Assembly (NCBI GenBank): GCA_947631245.1
Contig: CANRKP010000002.1
Location: 1 to 64,000 of the forward strand
DNA: 64,000 nucleotides
Source: an uncultured Clostridia bacterium
GTDB taxonomy: Bacteria; Bacillota; Clostridia; Oscillospirales; CAG-272
Direction: 5' to 3'
Below the pieces are notes generated by a model. That model saw only the letters and a list, made by a program, of their open reading frames with translations. It ran no database searches and was not told where the DNA came from. Shown piece by piece: positions 55,792-64,000 of this stretch (position 1 is the first letter of the stretch; each line of letters starts with the position of its first letter). The position numbers and the translations under genes are program-made.

Positions 55792-57084
55792 ATGACAAAA
55801 GAGATGGAAACCGATTCACAGACGCAGGCTCGCGGGGGCGCAAGTCCCCGCGGGCGGCGCATATTCTTTCTTCGTCCGGCAGCGGCGTCCGCAGGCGCCG
55901 TCGGGCGCGCCGGCATTGGCGGCGCGGGCGGCAGGATCCCACGTCTGCCGCGTCTCGACCGCGACCGCATTCTCGGCGCGGCTGCATCTTTTCTTAAAAA
56001 GAACACCGTCATGGTCATCGCGTTCTGCGCCGCCGCGGCGACGAGCCTCGTCATAAGACCCGACCGCGAGTACCTCGGATACTTCGACTTCAAGACGCTG
56101 ACGTGCCTTTTCTGCGTGCTCGCCGTCGTCTGCGCGCTCAAGGACATAAATTTCTTCTATATGCTCGCGCGCAAAATCGTCCGCGTATTTAAGACGGCGC
56201 GCTCATGCGTGCTCGCCCTCGTCTACATCACCTTCATCGGCTCGATGCTCATCGCAAACGACATGGCGCTTCTGACGTTTCTTCCGCTCGGTTATCTCGT
56301 CCTCTCGACGACGCATAAGGAACGCTACATGGCGTTCACCTTCATAATGCAGAACATCGCGGCGAACCTCGGCGGCATGCTGACGCCGTTCGGCAACCCT
56401 CAGAACCTCTACCTCTACACGAAATTCTCGATACCGACGGGAGAATTCATGACCATAATGGCGCCTCCGTTTCTGCTCTCCGTCGTCTTGATAACTCTCT
56501 TCTGCTTCATCTTCGTCCGACCCGATCCGCTCTTTGTCGAGGACGAAAACACGGATGTGCCCCGCGGGCGCACGGCGCTTTACCTCGCGCTCTTCGCGCT
56601 CGCCATCGCCATCGTTTTCCGCGGAATTCCCTATTATATCGGACTTCTCGTCATCCCTCCCGTGCTCTTTTTCGCCGACAGGCGCGCGCTCCGCGCCGTC
56701 GATTATCCGCTTCTTCTTACGTTTGTTTTCTTTTTCATATTCTCCGGCAACATGGCGCGCATAGGCGCGGTACGCGAGTTCTTCTCGTTTTTGCTCGACA
56801 AGAGCACGCTCTTGTTCAGCGCGCTCTCCTGCCAGATGATAAGCAACGTCCCCTCCGCCATTCTCCTTTCTCAGTTCACGGACAATTACCGTGAGCTTCT
56901 CTGGGGCGTCAACATCGGCGGCGTCGGCACGCTGATTGCCTCGCTCGCGAGCCTCATCACGTTCCGCGAGTACGTCAGCCACAATCCGGGGCGCGCCGGA
57001 AAGTACGTCGCCGAGTTCTCGGCGTTCAACTTCTCCTTCCTCGTGATCCTCACCGGCTTCCTCTTCGTGCTCCGCTCATTATGA
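55792..57084 (+). CDS. ArsB/NhaD-superfamily anion permease (YbiR-like)
   Basis: Polytopic; TPFGNPQNLYLY motif. The first ~73 aa are Arg/Gly/Ala low-complexity, so the true start may be near 56011. Confidence 0.65.
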   Translation: MTKEMETDSQTQARGGASPRGRRIFFLRPAAASAGAVGRAGIGGAGGRIPRLPRLDRDRILGAAASFLKKNTVMVIAFCAAAATSLVIRPDREYLGYFDFKTLTCLFCVLAVVCALKDINFFYMLARKIVRVFKTARSCVLALVYITFIGSMLIANDMALLTFLPLGYLVLSTTHKERYMAFTFIMQNIAANLGGMLTPFGNPQNLYLYTKFSIPTGEFMTIMAPPFLLSVVLITLFCFIFVRPDPLFVEDENTDVPRGRTALYLALFALAIAIVFRGIPYYIGLLVIPPVLFFADRRALRAVDYPLLLTFVFFFIFSGNMARIGAVREFFSFLLDKSTLLFSALSCQMISNVPSAILLSQFTDNYRELLWGVNIGGVGTLIASLASLITFREYVSHNPGRAGKYVAEFSAFNFSFLVILTGFLFVLRSL

Positions 57085-57200
57085 ATAGAGTGAATTCTTC
57101 GGGGGGAAGGGACTTTTGGAAAAGTGGCTTTTTCGCGTTGCGAAAAAGCTCCCCCCCGCCCCCCTTCTTCAAAACCTTTTATAACACTAATTTGGCTTCT

Positions 57201-57236
57201 TTGAGGCGTGAGAATTTTCTCAACGCCTTTTTTGCT
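57201..57236 (+). terminator. Rho-independent terminator
   Basis: ttgaggcgtgag-aatttt-ctcaacgcc + tttttt. Confidence 0.65.
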
Positions 57237-57296
57237 GCTTACTTGCAAGAGGTCTGTTTGTCGTGATATACTTATAAAAAGCGGGAGGTGACGAAT

Positions 57297-57995
57297 TTGA
57301 CATACAAAATTGCCATATGTGACGATTCAGATGCGGACAGGGCTCATATCGCCGCCTTGGTCTCACGCTGGGCGGAGGACGCGGGGCACACGGCACTGAT
57401 ATCGGAGTTTTCCTCGGCGGAGAGCTTTTTCATGCGTTATGACGGGCAGCAAGACTTTGACATCCTGCTTTTGGACATAGAAATGGGCGGGATGGACGGC
57501 GTTGAAATGGCGAAACGGCTTCGCCTGCGGTGTGACACCGTCGAAATTATCTTCATCACGGGATATTCCGACTACATCGCCGAGGGCTACGAGGTCTCGG
57601 CGCTCCACTATCTTTTAAAGCCCGTGCATGAGGACAAGCTGCGCTCTGTCCTCTGCCGCGCCGCCGAAAAAATAAGAAAAAACGAACGCGTCCTCACGCT
57701 TGAGGCGGGAGGTGAGACCGTGCGTCTCCCGATATACAAAATTCGCTATGCGGAGGTGTTCGGCAACTATGTAACAATACACGCCGACACCCCCGTCACC
57801 GTCAAAATGACGCTCGGTGAGCTTTTGCGCGAGCTTGACGACCGCTTCTACCGCGTCAGCCGCTCCGCCGTCGTGAACATCACCGAAATCAGCCGCGTCA
57901 CAAAGAGCGAGATAAAGCTCTCCGACGGCTCCTCCGTCCCTCTCCCGCGCGGCGCTTACGAGGGCGTGAACAGAGCGATAATCAACATGAAGTGA
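57297..57995 (+). CDS. LytTR-family response regulator (AgrA-like)
   Basis: Receiver domain with ICDDSD...LLLDIEMGGMDG; C-terminal LytTR (YRVSRSAVVN). TTG start 8 nt after RBS gggagg is preferred over the GTG at 57288. Confidence 0.8.
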   Translation: MTYKIAICDDSDADRAHIAALVSRWAEDAGHTALISEFSSAESFFMRYDGQQDFDILLLDIEMGGMDGVEMAKRLRLRCDTVEIIFITGYSDYIAEGYEVSALHYLLKPVHEDKLRSVLCRAAEKIRKNERVLTLEAGGETVRLPIYKIRYAEVFGNYVTIHADTPVTVKMTLGELLRELDDRFYRVSRSAVVNITEISRVTKSEIKLSDGSSVPLPRGAYEGVNRAIINMK

Positions 57996-58005
57996 GGGGT
58001 ATAAT

Positions 58006-58668
58006 ATGGGCTTTTTCTCAAAGAGGATAGACAAAAGGATCGCAGCCTATCAGCGCGAGCTTATAGAGACTCACTACCGCGAGGTCGACAACATGTACCG
58101 CCAGATACGGGGCTGGCGCCATGACTACCGCAACCATATCGGCACGATGAAGGCTTACGCCGCCTCCGGCGACCTTGACGCCATCAAGCGCTATTTAGAC
58201 CTTCTCGACCGCGATCTGACGACTGTCGACACCGTTATCAAAACCGGCAACCCCATGACGGACGCGATACTCAATTCAAAAATCTCGCTCGCGAAGTCGA
58301 AGCACATAAACGTCGTCGCCGACGCCCACATCCCCGTCATGCTGAAATCTTCCGAAATTGACCTCTGCTGTATAATAGGCAATCTTTTCGACAACGCGAT
58401 AGAGGCGAGCATGAAGCTGCCGGAGGAGAAGCGCGTCATCCGCGTCTACATGGACATGAAGGGGACGCAGCTCTATATCTCCTTCACTAACCTGACGGCG
58501 GAGGGGAAGCTCAAAAAGGAAAACGGCCGCTTCAAATCCACAAAGGGCGAGGGTCACGGCTTCGGGCTTGTCAGGATAGACGACATCGTCTCCCGCCTCG
58601 ACGGCTATTTGAGCCGCAACAGCGAGGACGGCGCGTTCACGACGGAAATTTTGCTGCCGCAGGTGTAG
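58006..58668 (+). CDS. Sensor-less GHKL histidine kinase (AgrC-like catalytic core only)
   Basis: H-box RHDYRNH; N/G boxes IGNLFDNAIEAS ... GEGHGFGL; no TM segment. Confidence 0.7.
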   Translation: MGFFSKRIDKRIAAYQRELIETHYREVDNMYRQIRGWRHDYRNHIGTMKAYAASGDLDAIKRYLDLLDRDLTTVDTVIKTGNPMTDAILNSKISLAKSKHINVVADAHIPVMLKSSEIDLCCIIGNLFDNAIEASMKLPEEKRVIRVYMDMKGTQLYISFTNLTAEGKLKKENGRFKSTKGEGHGFGLVRIDDIVSRLDGYLSRNSEDGAFTTEILLPQV

Positions 58669-58743
58669 GATTTATGCTAGGGGGTGCCTTTTGGGAAAGG
58701 CACCCCCTAGCGCTCCCCCTTCAAAACTCTTTATTAACTTTTT

Positions 58744-58777
58744 TACAGTTCGTCACCCGAAAACGACAGTTCGTCAC
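58744..58777 (+). promoter_or_regulatory. LytTR-type direct repeats (two ACAGTTCGTCACC copies, 21-bp period) upstream of a -10-like element
   Basis: Copies at 58744-58756 and 58765-58777. The 9-bp cores are separated by 12 bp, matching the AgrA/LytTR binding architecture. A tgtgatatgat -10-like element lies ~30 bp downstream. Confidence 0.65.
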
Positions 58778-58834
58778 CGAAATTCGCCGCGGGGCGACCT
58801 TTTGTGATATGATGCGTGACAGAAAGGACGGTGA

Positions 58835-60691
58835 ATGGTTTTGACAAACGAAAAAACCGTAAAAGAAAAGAAACCGAAGCCTAAGTACAACATGTGGCAG
58901 AATTCGCTCTACATGATGAAGGCGGCGTGGACCTCGGGGGAGGGCGGCGTCATCTTTCTGTGCGTTGTTACAGCGCTCTTGTCTGTCGCGTCTAACCTTG
59001 TGAACCTTTATATTTCACCTGCAATCCTGTCCGCAGTCGAAAGGCACGTTTCGATATCGGAGCTGATTTTGACTATACTCGGCTTCACGCTCGCCATTAT
59101 GATTCTTTCGGCGCTGTCGGCGTATGTGGGCGAAAACGTCCTCTACGGGCGGATATCGGTAAGAACGGAGATAGTGACGCGCCTGAACAGAAAGGCGGCG
59201 ACGACCTCGTACCCTAACATCGACGACGAGGGCTTCAAAAAGCTGCTCGAAAAGTCGAGCGAATGTACAAGCAGCAACAGAGAGGCGACCGAAGCGATAT
59301 GGGAAACGCTGACCTCGCTTTTGACAAACTTCATCGGATTTATCATCTACGTCAGCCTTCTGTCGAAGGTCGAGCCTTTTTTAATCGTCGTCATTCTTTT
59401 GACGACTGTGAGCGGCTTTTTCATCTCCAAATATTTGAACGGCTACGGGTACCGCCACCGCGACGAGGAGGCGGAGTACGAGCGGCACATGGGCTACGTC
59501 TCCGACCGCGGGCTTGATCTCGCCGCGGCGAAGGAAATTCGCATATTCGGGCTTCGCCCGTGGTTTTCCGAGCTTTACCGAAAGGCGGAGGACGCGTATA
59601 CATCGTTTCACAGGCGCGCCGAGGGCGTCTATATCTATGCGAGAATTGCGGACATTTTGCTCACGTTCCTGCGAAGCGGCGCCGCGTATGCGTACCTTAT
59701 CACGCTCGTGCTTTCGGGCGGACTCGGCGTCTCTGAATTCCTGCTCTATTTCACCGCCGTCAGCGGGTTCACCGGCTGGGTCTCCGGCATCCTCGGCAAT
59801 ATCGGGACGCTGCACAAACAGTCGCTCGACATATGCACGGTGCGTGAATGCCTCGAATATCCGGAGCCGTTTAGGTTCGACGGGGGCGAACATATAGCAC
59901 CCGAAGTCGGACGAAAATACGAGATAAGGCTTGAAAACGTCTCCTACCGATACCCGGGAGCCGAGGCGGACACGCTCCGAAACATTGATCTGACGCTTCA
60001 CCCGGGTGAAAAGCTCGCCGTCGTCGGGCTGAACGGCGCGGGCAAAACGACGCTCGTCAAGCTCATCTGCGGCTTCCTCGACCCGACGGAGGGGCGCGTT
60101 ACCCTTGACGGGCGCGACATCCGCGAATTTGACCGCGCCGAATATTACACTATGTTCTCAGCCGTTTTCCAAAACTTTGTGGTGCTCGCCTCGACCGTAG
60201 CGGCGAACATCGCGGGCAGCGAGGACGACATCGATATCGACCGCGTCCGCGACTGCGCCGAACGTGCGGGTCTGAAAAAGAAAATAGAGTCTCTGCCGAA
60301 CGGCTATGACACATATCTTAACCGCGAGGTATACGAGAACGCGGAGATGCTTTCCGGCGGGGAGACGCAGCGGCTGATGCTGGCGCGCGCGCTCTACAAA
60401 AACGCGCCGTTCGTCGTGCTCGATGAGCCGACGGCGGCACTCGACCCGCTCGCGGAGTCTGACATGTATCACAAATATAACGAGATGACGGCGGGCAAAT
60501 CGTCCGTCTATATCTCCCACCGCTTGGCGTCGACGCGGTTCTGCGACCGCATCATACTCATCGAGGGCGGTAAAATCGCAGAGGAAGGTACGCACGACGA
60601 GCTTTTGAAGCTTTCCGGCAGGTACGCGGAGCTTTTCGAGGTTCAGAGCAGATATTACAGAGAGGACGGCGGAGAAGATGAAGAAAAATAA
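58835..60691 (+). CDS. ABC exporter, fused TMD-NBD half-transporter (heterodimer partner 1)
   Basis: 6 TM + NBD: GLNGAGKTT; LSGGETQRLMLARAL; VLDEPTAALD. Confidence 0.85.
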   Translation: MVLTNEKTVKEKKPKPKYNMWQNSLYMMKAAWTSGEGGVIFLCVVTALLSVASNLVNLYISPAILSAVERHVSISELILTILGFTLAIMILSALSAYVGENVLYGRISVRTEIVTRLNRKAATTSYPNIDDEGFKKLLEKSSECTSSNREATEAIWETLTSLLTNFIGFIIYVSLLSKVEPFLIVVILLTTVSGFFISKYLNGYGYRHRDEEAEYERHMGYVSDRGLDLAAAKEIRIFGLRPWFSELYRKAEDAYTSFHRRAEGVYIYARIADILLTFLRSGAAYAYLITLVLSGGLGVSEFLLYFTAVSGFTGWVSGILGNIGTLHKQSLDICTVRECLEYPEPFRFDGGEHIAPEVGRKYEIRLENVSYRYPGAEADTLRNIDLTLHPGEKLAVVGLNGAGKTTLVKLICGFLDPTEGRVTLDGRDIREFDRAEYYTMFSAVFQNFVVLASTVAANIAGSEDDIDIDRVRDCAERAGLKKKIESLPNGYDTYLNREVYENAEMLSGGETQRLMLARALYKNAPFVVLDEPTAALDPLAESDMYHKYNEMTAGKSSVYISHRLASTRFCDRIILIEGGKIAEEGTHDELLKLSGRYAELFEVQSRYYREDGGEDEEK

Positions 60692-62573
60692 GAAAACAGA
60701 TACCGACAGCGGCGTTATGTCATGGCGCGACGCGGCAAAAATAAACCTCCGCGCGCTGAAGCTTTGGTGGCGTCGCCTGCCTCAGCTGATGACATCACAT
60801 CTCGTCCGTGTCGTTTGGGAGGCGCTGACGCCCTACGTCGGTATATACCTCTCCGCGCTCGTAATAGATGAGCTTGCCGGGGCGCGCGATTCACACCGCC
60901 TCTTCTTCCTTGTCGCGCTGACGCTTGCATCCTCAGCCGTGATATCTCTTGTTTCTGCCATCATTAACAAATGGACAAACACTCATGACGCGGGGCTGTG
61001 GTACAAGTTTAACAACATCTTTTCCGAAAAGCTCCTGTCGATGGACTATGCGGACCGCGACAAAACTGAAACTACTGCGCTGCTCTCAACCATCAAGCAG
61101 AATATAAACGGCGGAGGCTGGGGGCTCAACCGTGTTCCGAGCAACATTTTATCGCTCATCTCCTCGGTTTTGACGCTCTTCGGCGGCGTCGCGCTGACAG
61201 TGACGCTTTTCACGAGCAAGGTGCCCGACGGGGCGGGAGCACTGACGTCTCTCGGCAGTCCGCTTTTCGCGCTCCTCATCGCCGCCGTTATGATTGCGAT
61301 AACGATTATCTCTCCCATGCTCTCGAACAAAGCCGGCAGCTATCTGGCAAAAAATGTGGACGCCCACAACAGGGGAAACCGATTTTTCGGGTTTTTCGGC
61401 TTTCTCGGCTTCCATCCCGAATACGCGATGGACATGAGGATGTACAGATTTGACAAGGTCTGCGAAAAATACAACTCAAAAAAGGACGGTGTGTTTTCTT
61501 CACACGGCATATTCGCGCGCTACGCGCGCGGGCATATGGGGCTTTACCGCGCCGCTTCCTCGGCTGTATCCGTCATTTTCACCGGAGTCGTCTACGCTTT
61601 CGTCTGCCTCAAAGCGTGGGCGGGCGCGTTCGGTCTCGGCTCGGTCACTCAGTACGTCGCCTCAGTCACGCGGCTGTCGGGCAGCGTCGGCGGCATAATC
61701 TCGACGCTCGGCGATATGAGAAACAACGCGCCCTTCCTTGAGCTTACGTTCCGCTTTCTCGACATCCCGAACAATATGTACCGGGGCTCGCTGACGGTAG
61801 AGAAGCGCCGCGACCGCAAATACGAGGTCGAGTTCCGCGACGTCAGCTTCCGCTATCCCGGCAGCGAAAATTACGCCCTGCGCCATGTCAACATGAAGTT
61901 TGAGATAGGCCGCCGCCTCGCCGTCGTCGGCGAAAACGGCTCCGGCAAGACGACCTTCATCAAGCTGCTCTGCCGCCTCTACGACCCGACCGAGGGCGAA
62001 ATTCTCCTCAACGGCATCGACATCCGCAAGTACAACTACGACGAATATATGTCCATTTTCTCCGTCGTGTTTCAGGATTTCCGCCTGTTCGCGCTCCCGC
62101 TCGGTGAAAACGTCGCCGCGAGCGCCGATTATGACAAGTCCCTTGCTCGGGACTGCCTTGAAAAAGCCGGCTTCGGCGAACGCCTCCGCGAGCTCCCGGA
62201 CGGGCTCGGCACATATTTATACAAGGATTACGACAAAGACGGCGTCAACATCTCGGGCGGCGAGGCGCAGAAAATCGCTATCGCCCGCGCGCTCTACAAG
62301 GACGCGCCGTTCATCATCCTTGATGAGCCGACGGCGGCGCTTGACCCCGTCGCCGAGGCGGAAATCTACTCGAAATTCAACGACATCGCCGGGGACAAGA
62401 CCGCCATCTACATCAGCCACCGCCTGTCGTCATGCAAATTCTGTGACGAAATCGCCGTCTTCTGCGACGGCTCGGTGATACAGCAGGGCACGCATGAGGC
62501 TCTGCTTGACGACGAGGGCGGCAAGTACCGCGAGCTGTGGCTCGCGCAGGCGCAGTATTACACGGAAGCGTGA
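60678..62573 (+). CDS. ABC exporter, fused TMD-NBD half-transporter (heterodimer partner 2)
   Basis: GENGSGKTT; ISGGEAQKIAIARAL; ILDEPTAALD; 14-nt overlap with partner 1. Confidence 0.85.
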   Translation: MKKNKKTDTDSGVMSWRDAAKINLRALKLWWRRLPQLMTSHLVRVVWEALTPYVGIYLSALVIDELAGARDSHRLFFLVALTLASSAVISLVSAIINKWTNTHDAGLWYKFNNIFSEKLLSMDYADRDKTETTALLSTIKQNINGGGWGLNRVPSNILSLISSVLTLFGGVALTVTLFTSKVPDGAGALTSLGSPLFALLIAAVMIAITIISPMLSNKAGSYLAKNVDAHNRGNRFFGFFGFLGFHPEYAMDMRMYRFDKVCEKYNSKKDGVFSSHGIFARYARGHMGLYRAASSAVSVIFTGVVYAFVCLKAWAGAFGLGSVTQYVASVTRLSGSVGGIISTLGDMRNNAPFLELTFRFLDIPNNMYRGSLTVEKRRDRKYEVEFRDVSFRYPGSENYALRHVNMKFEIGRRLAVVGENGSGKTTFIKLLCRLYDPTEGEILLNGIDIRKYNYDEYMSIFSVVFQDFRLFALPLGENVAASADYDKSLARDCLEKAGFGERLRELPDGLGTYLYKDYDKDGVNISGGEAQKIAIARALYKDAPFIILDEPTAALDPVAEAEIYSKFNDIAGDKTAIYISHRLSSCKFCDEIAVFCDGSVIQQGTHEALLDDEGGKYRELWLAQAQYYTEA

Positions 62574-62600
62574 GCGCCGCCCGAATAAAAACCATACCGC

Positions 62601-62648
62601 AAAGCGCCCGTGCCGCAGATAATATGTTGCGGCACGGGCGCTTTTATG
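62601..62648 (+). terminator. Rho-independent terminator
   Basis: aagcgcccgtgccgca...tgcggcacgggcgctttt. Confidence 0.75.
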
Positions 62649-62697
62649 CTACAATGATTAAGGTAGATCCTTATTATATTGAAAAGGAGAATAACAA

Positions 62698-64000
62698 ATG
62701 CTCCGAACAGTCATGACCGAAAACGGCGCGGTGCGCGGCATCGAGGCCGCCGATCCGAGAATAACGGCGTTCCGCGGGATACCGTTTGCCGCCCCGCCCA
62801 CGGGGGAAAACAGGTGGCGCGCGCCGCAGCCCGCCAAAAGCTGGGACGGCACGCTCGACTGCGCCCGCTTCGCGCCGATATCGATGCAGGCGCGCCCGAG
62901 CGCCGGCGAGGGTCTCTACGACCGCGAATGGCACGTTGACACCGGCATCGCAATGAGCGAGGACTGCCTCTATCTCAACATTTGGACGAACGCGAAGCGC
63001 GCGGACGAGGGGCTGCCCGTGTTCGTATGGTTCTTCGGAGGCGGGCTCCAGTGCGGCTACACAGCCGAGATGGAGTTTGACGGAGAGCGGATCGCAAGGC
63101 GCGGCATCGTCGTTGTGACAGTCAACTACCGCGTCAATGTCTTCGGCTACTTCGCGCACCCGGAGCTGACTGCCGAAGCTCCCGACGCGCCTTCAAATTT
63201 CGGCAGCCTCGACCAGCGCGCCGGCATCCTTTGGGTGCGCCGCAACATCGCCGCCTTCGGCGGGGATCCCGACAATATCACGATAGGCGGTCAGTCCGCG
63301 GGCGGCGGCAGCGTCATGTCTCAGCTTGCGGCTCCCGGCTCCGAGGGGCTTTTCCGCCGAGCAATCGTCGAGAGCGCCCTCATCCGCAGCCCGTACCGCC
63401 CCGGCGGCATTTCGACCCCGATGCCGCTTGACGCCGCCGAGAAAAACGGCGCCGATTTCTTCCGCCTCCTCGGCGTATCCTCGCTCTCCGAGGCGCGGGC
63501 CCTCGACGCCGAATTCGTGCTTCAAAAATACTTTGAGTTCACAAAATCTCACCCTACGTTTTTCACCGTCGAGGACGGCAAATTCAACGTCGGCGACCCG
63601 ATGACGCTGTTTGCGCTCGGCAAATGCGTTCCCGTTGACATGATGGCGGGCAACACCGCAGACGAGTTTCCCGCTTTCCTCAGCGGCAGCTCCCGTGAGG
63701 AGGCGGCGCGCGCCGTTTTCGGCAGCAGGGCGGACGAATTTTTGGCATTTCCCGAAACGAAAAACACCGACGAAAGAGGACGCTTCGCATTCGTGAACGG
63801 CATCGAGTGCAATATAAAGGCGCTCTTTGAGCGCGCGGAGGAAAACGGCGACGCCCACCGCCGCTACTACTACCGCTTCGACGTCCCGATGCCGGGCTGG
63901 GACGACCCCGGCAGCTTCCATTCCTCCGACCTTTGGTTCTTCTTCGAGACGCTTGCGAAGTGTTGGCGGCCGCTGACAGGCAAATATTACGACCTCGCGC
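62698..64000 (+). CDS. Type-B carboxylesterase/lipase (para-nitrobenzyl-esterase-like), 3'-truncated by window end
   Basis: GGDPDNITIGGQSAGG nucleophile elbow; FRGIPFAAPP N-terminal motif; RBS aaggag; ORF runs past the window end. Confidence 0.8.
   Translation, partial: MLRTVMTENGAVRGIEAADPRITAFRGIPFAAPPTGENRWRAPQPAKSWDGTLDCARFAPISMQARPSAGEGLYDREWHVDTGIAMSEDCLYLNIWTNAKRADEGLPVFVWFFGGGLQCGYTAEMEFDGERIARRGIVVVTVNYRVNVFGYFAHPELTAEAPDAPSNFGSLDQRAGILWVRRNIAAFGGDPDNITIGGQSAGGGSVMSQLAAPGSEGLFRRAIVESALIRSPYRPGGISTPMPLDAAEKNGADFFRLLGVSSLSEARALDAEFVLQKYFEFTKSHPTFFTVEDGKFNVGDPMTLFALGKCVPVDMMAGNTADEFPAFLSGSSREEAARAVFGSRADEFLAFPETKNTDERGRFAFVNGIECNIKALFERAEENGDAHRRYYYRFDVPMPGWDDPGSFHSSDLWFFFETLAKCWRPLTGKYYDLA

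Noticed and set aside
58669-58834. Search for a bacteriocin/AgrD-like peptide precursor between the kinase and the ABC exporter
   Set aside because: Only 11-44-codon reading frames spanning a terminator hairpin; no GG-leader or AgrD-like sequence
1-64000. CRISPR arrays, IS elements/transposases, integrases, rRNA
   Set aside because: No regularly spaced direct-repeat arrays beyond the tRNA-linked triplet, and no ORF with transposase/integrase motifs

Overview
This is a high-GC bacterial chromosomal window that looks clostridial (Firmicutes-like codon usage), with about 60 tightly packed genes, mostly on the minus strand in the first 41 kb and on the plus strand after that.

Main content:
- A tRNA-Cys(GCA) sits at the left edge, followed by three tandem ~85-bp repeat units that each end in a copy of the tRNA 3' end. 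Next come an SPFH (slipin-like) gene and two translationally coupled WYL-domain regulator genes, which looks like an integration/defence-island hotspot.
- Housekeeping genes present: murD, a DegV protein, ogt, trkA/trkH, ansA, rlmD, sortase B, an rlmA-like methyltransferase, and a GT2 glycosyltransferase.
- Four ABC systems: two adjacent exporters carrying DUF5050-like lipoprotein paralogs, a sugar-binding protein with a carbohydrate-binding-like tail, and a PhnS/T/UV-like importer next to a wHTH-LicC-like nucleotidyltransferase fusion.
- An SbcC/SbcD-like (YhaN/YhaO-like) nuclease pair.
- A visibly AT-richer islet carrying YdjG/YdjI-like (zinc-ribbon plus COG4260 SPFH-SHOCT) genes.
- A visibly lower-GC gene encoding an unusual GNAT-like / 2-TM / degenerate-PLD-like membrane protein, flanked by LRR surface-protein genes.
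- A 10-gene Mrp/Mbh-type cation/proton antiporter cluster (E-F-G-B'-B-C-D-D-D-A) behind a perfect consensus sigma-A promoter.
- A LytTR response regulator with a sensor-less GHKL kinase, whose LytTR direct repeats sit upstream of a heterodimeric ABC exporter operon.
- A partial carboxylesterase gene at the right edge.

No CRISPR array, transposase or rRNA was seen. All calls rest on reading the supplied translations for family motifs and inspecting the DNA by eye. No database search or computation was run.
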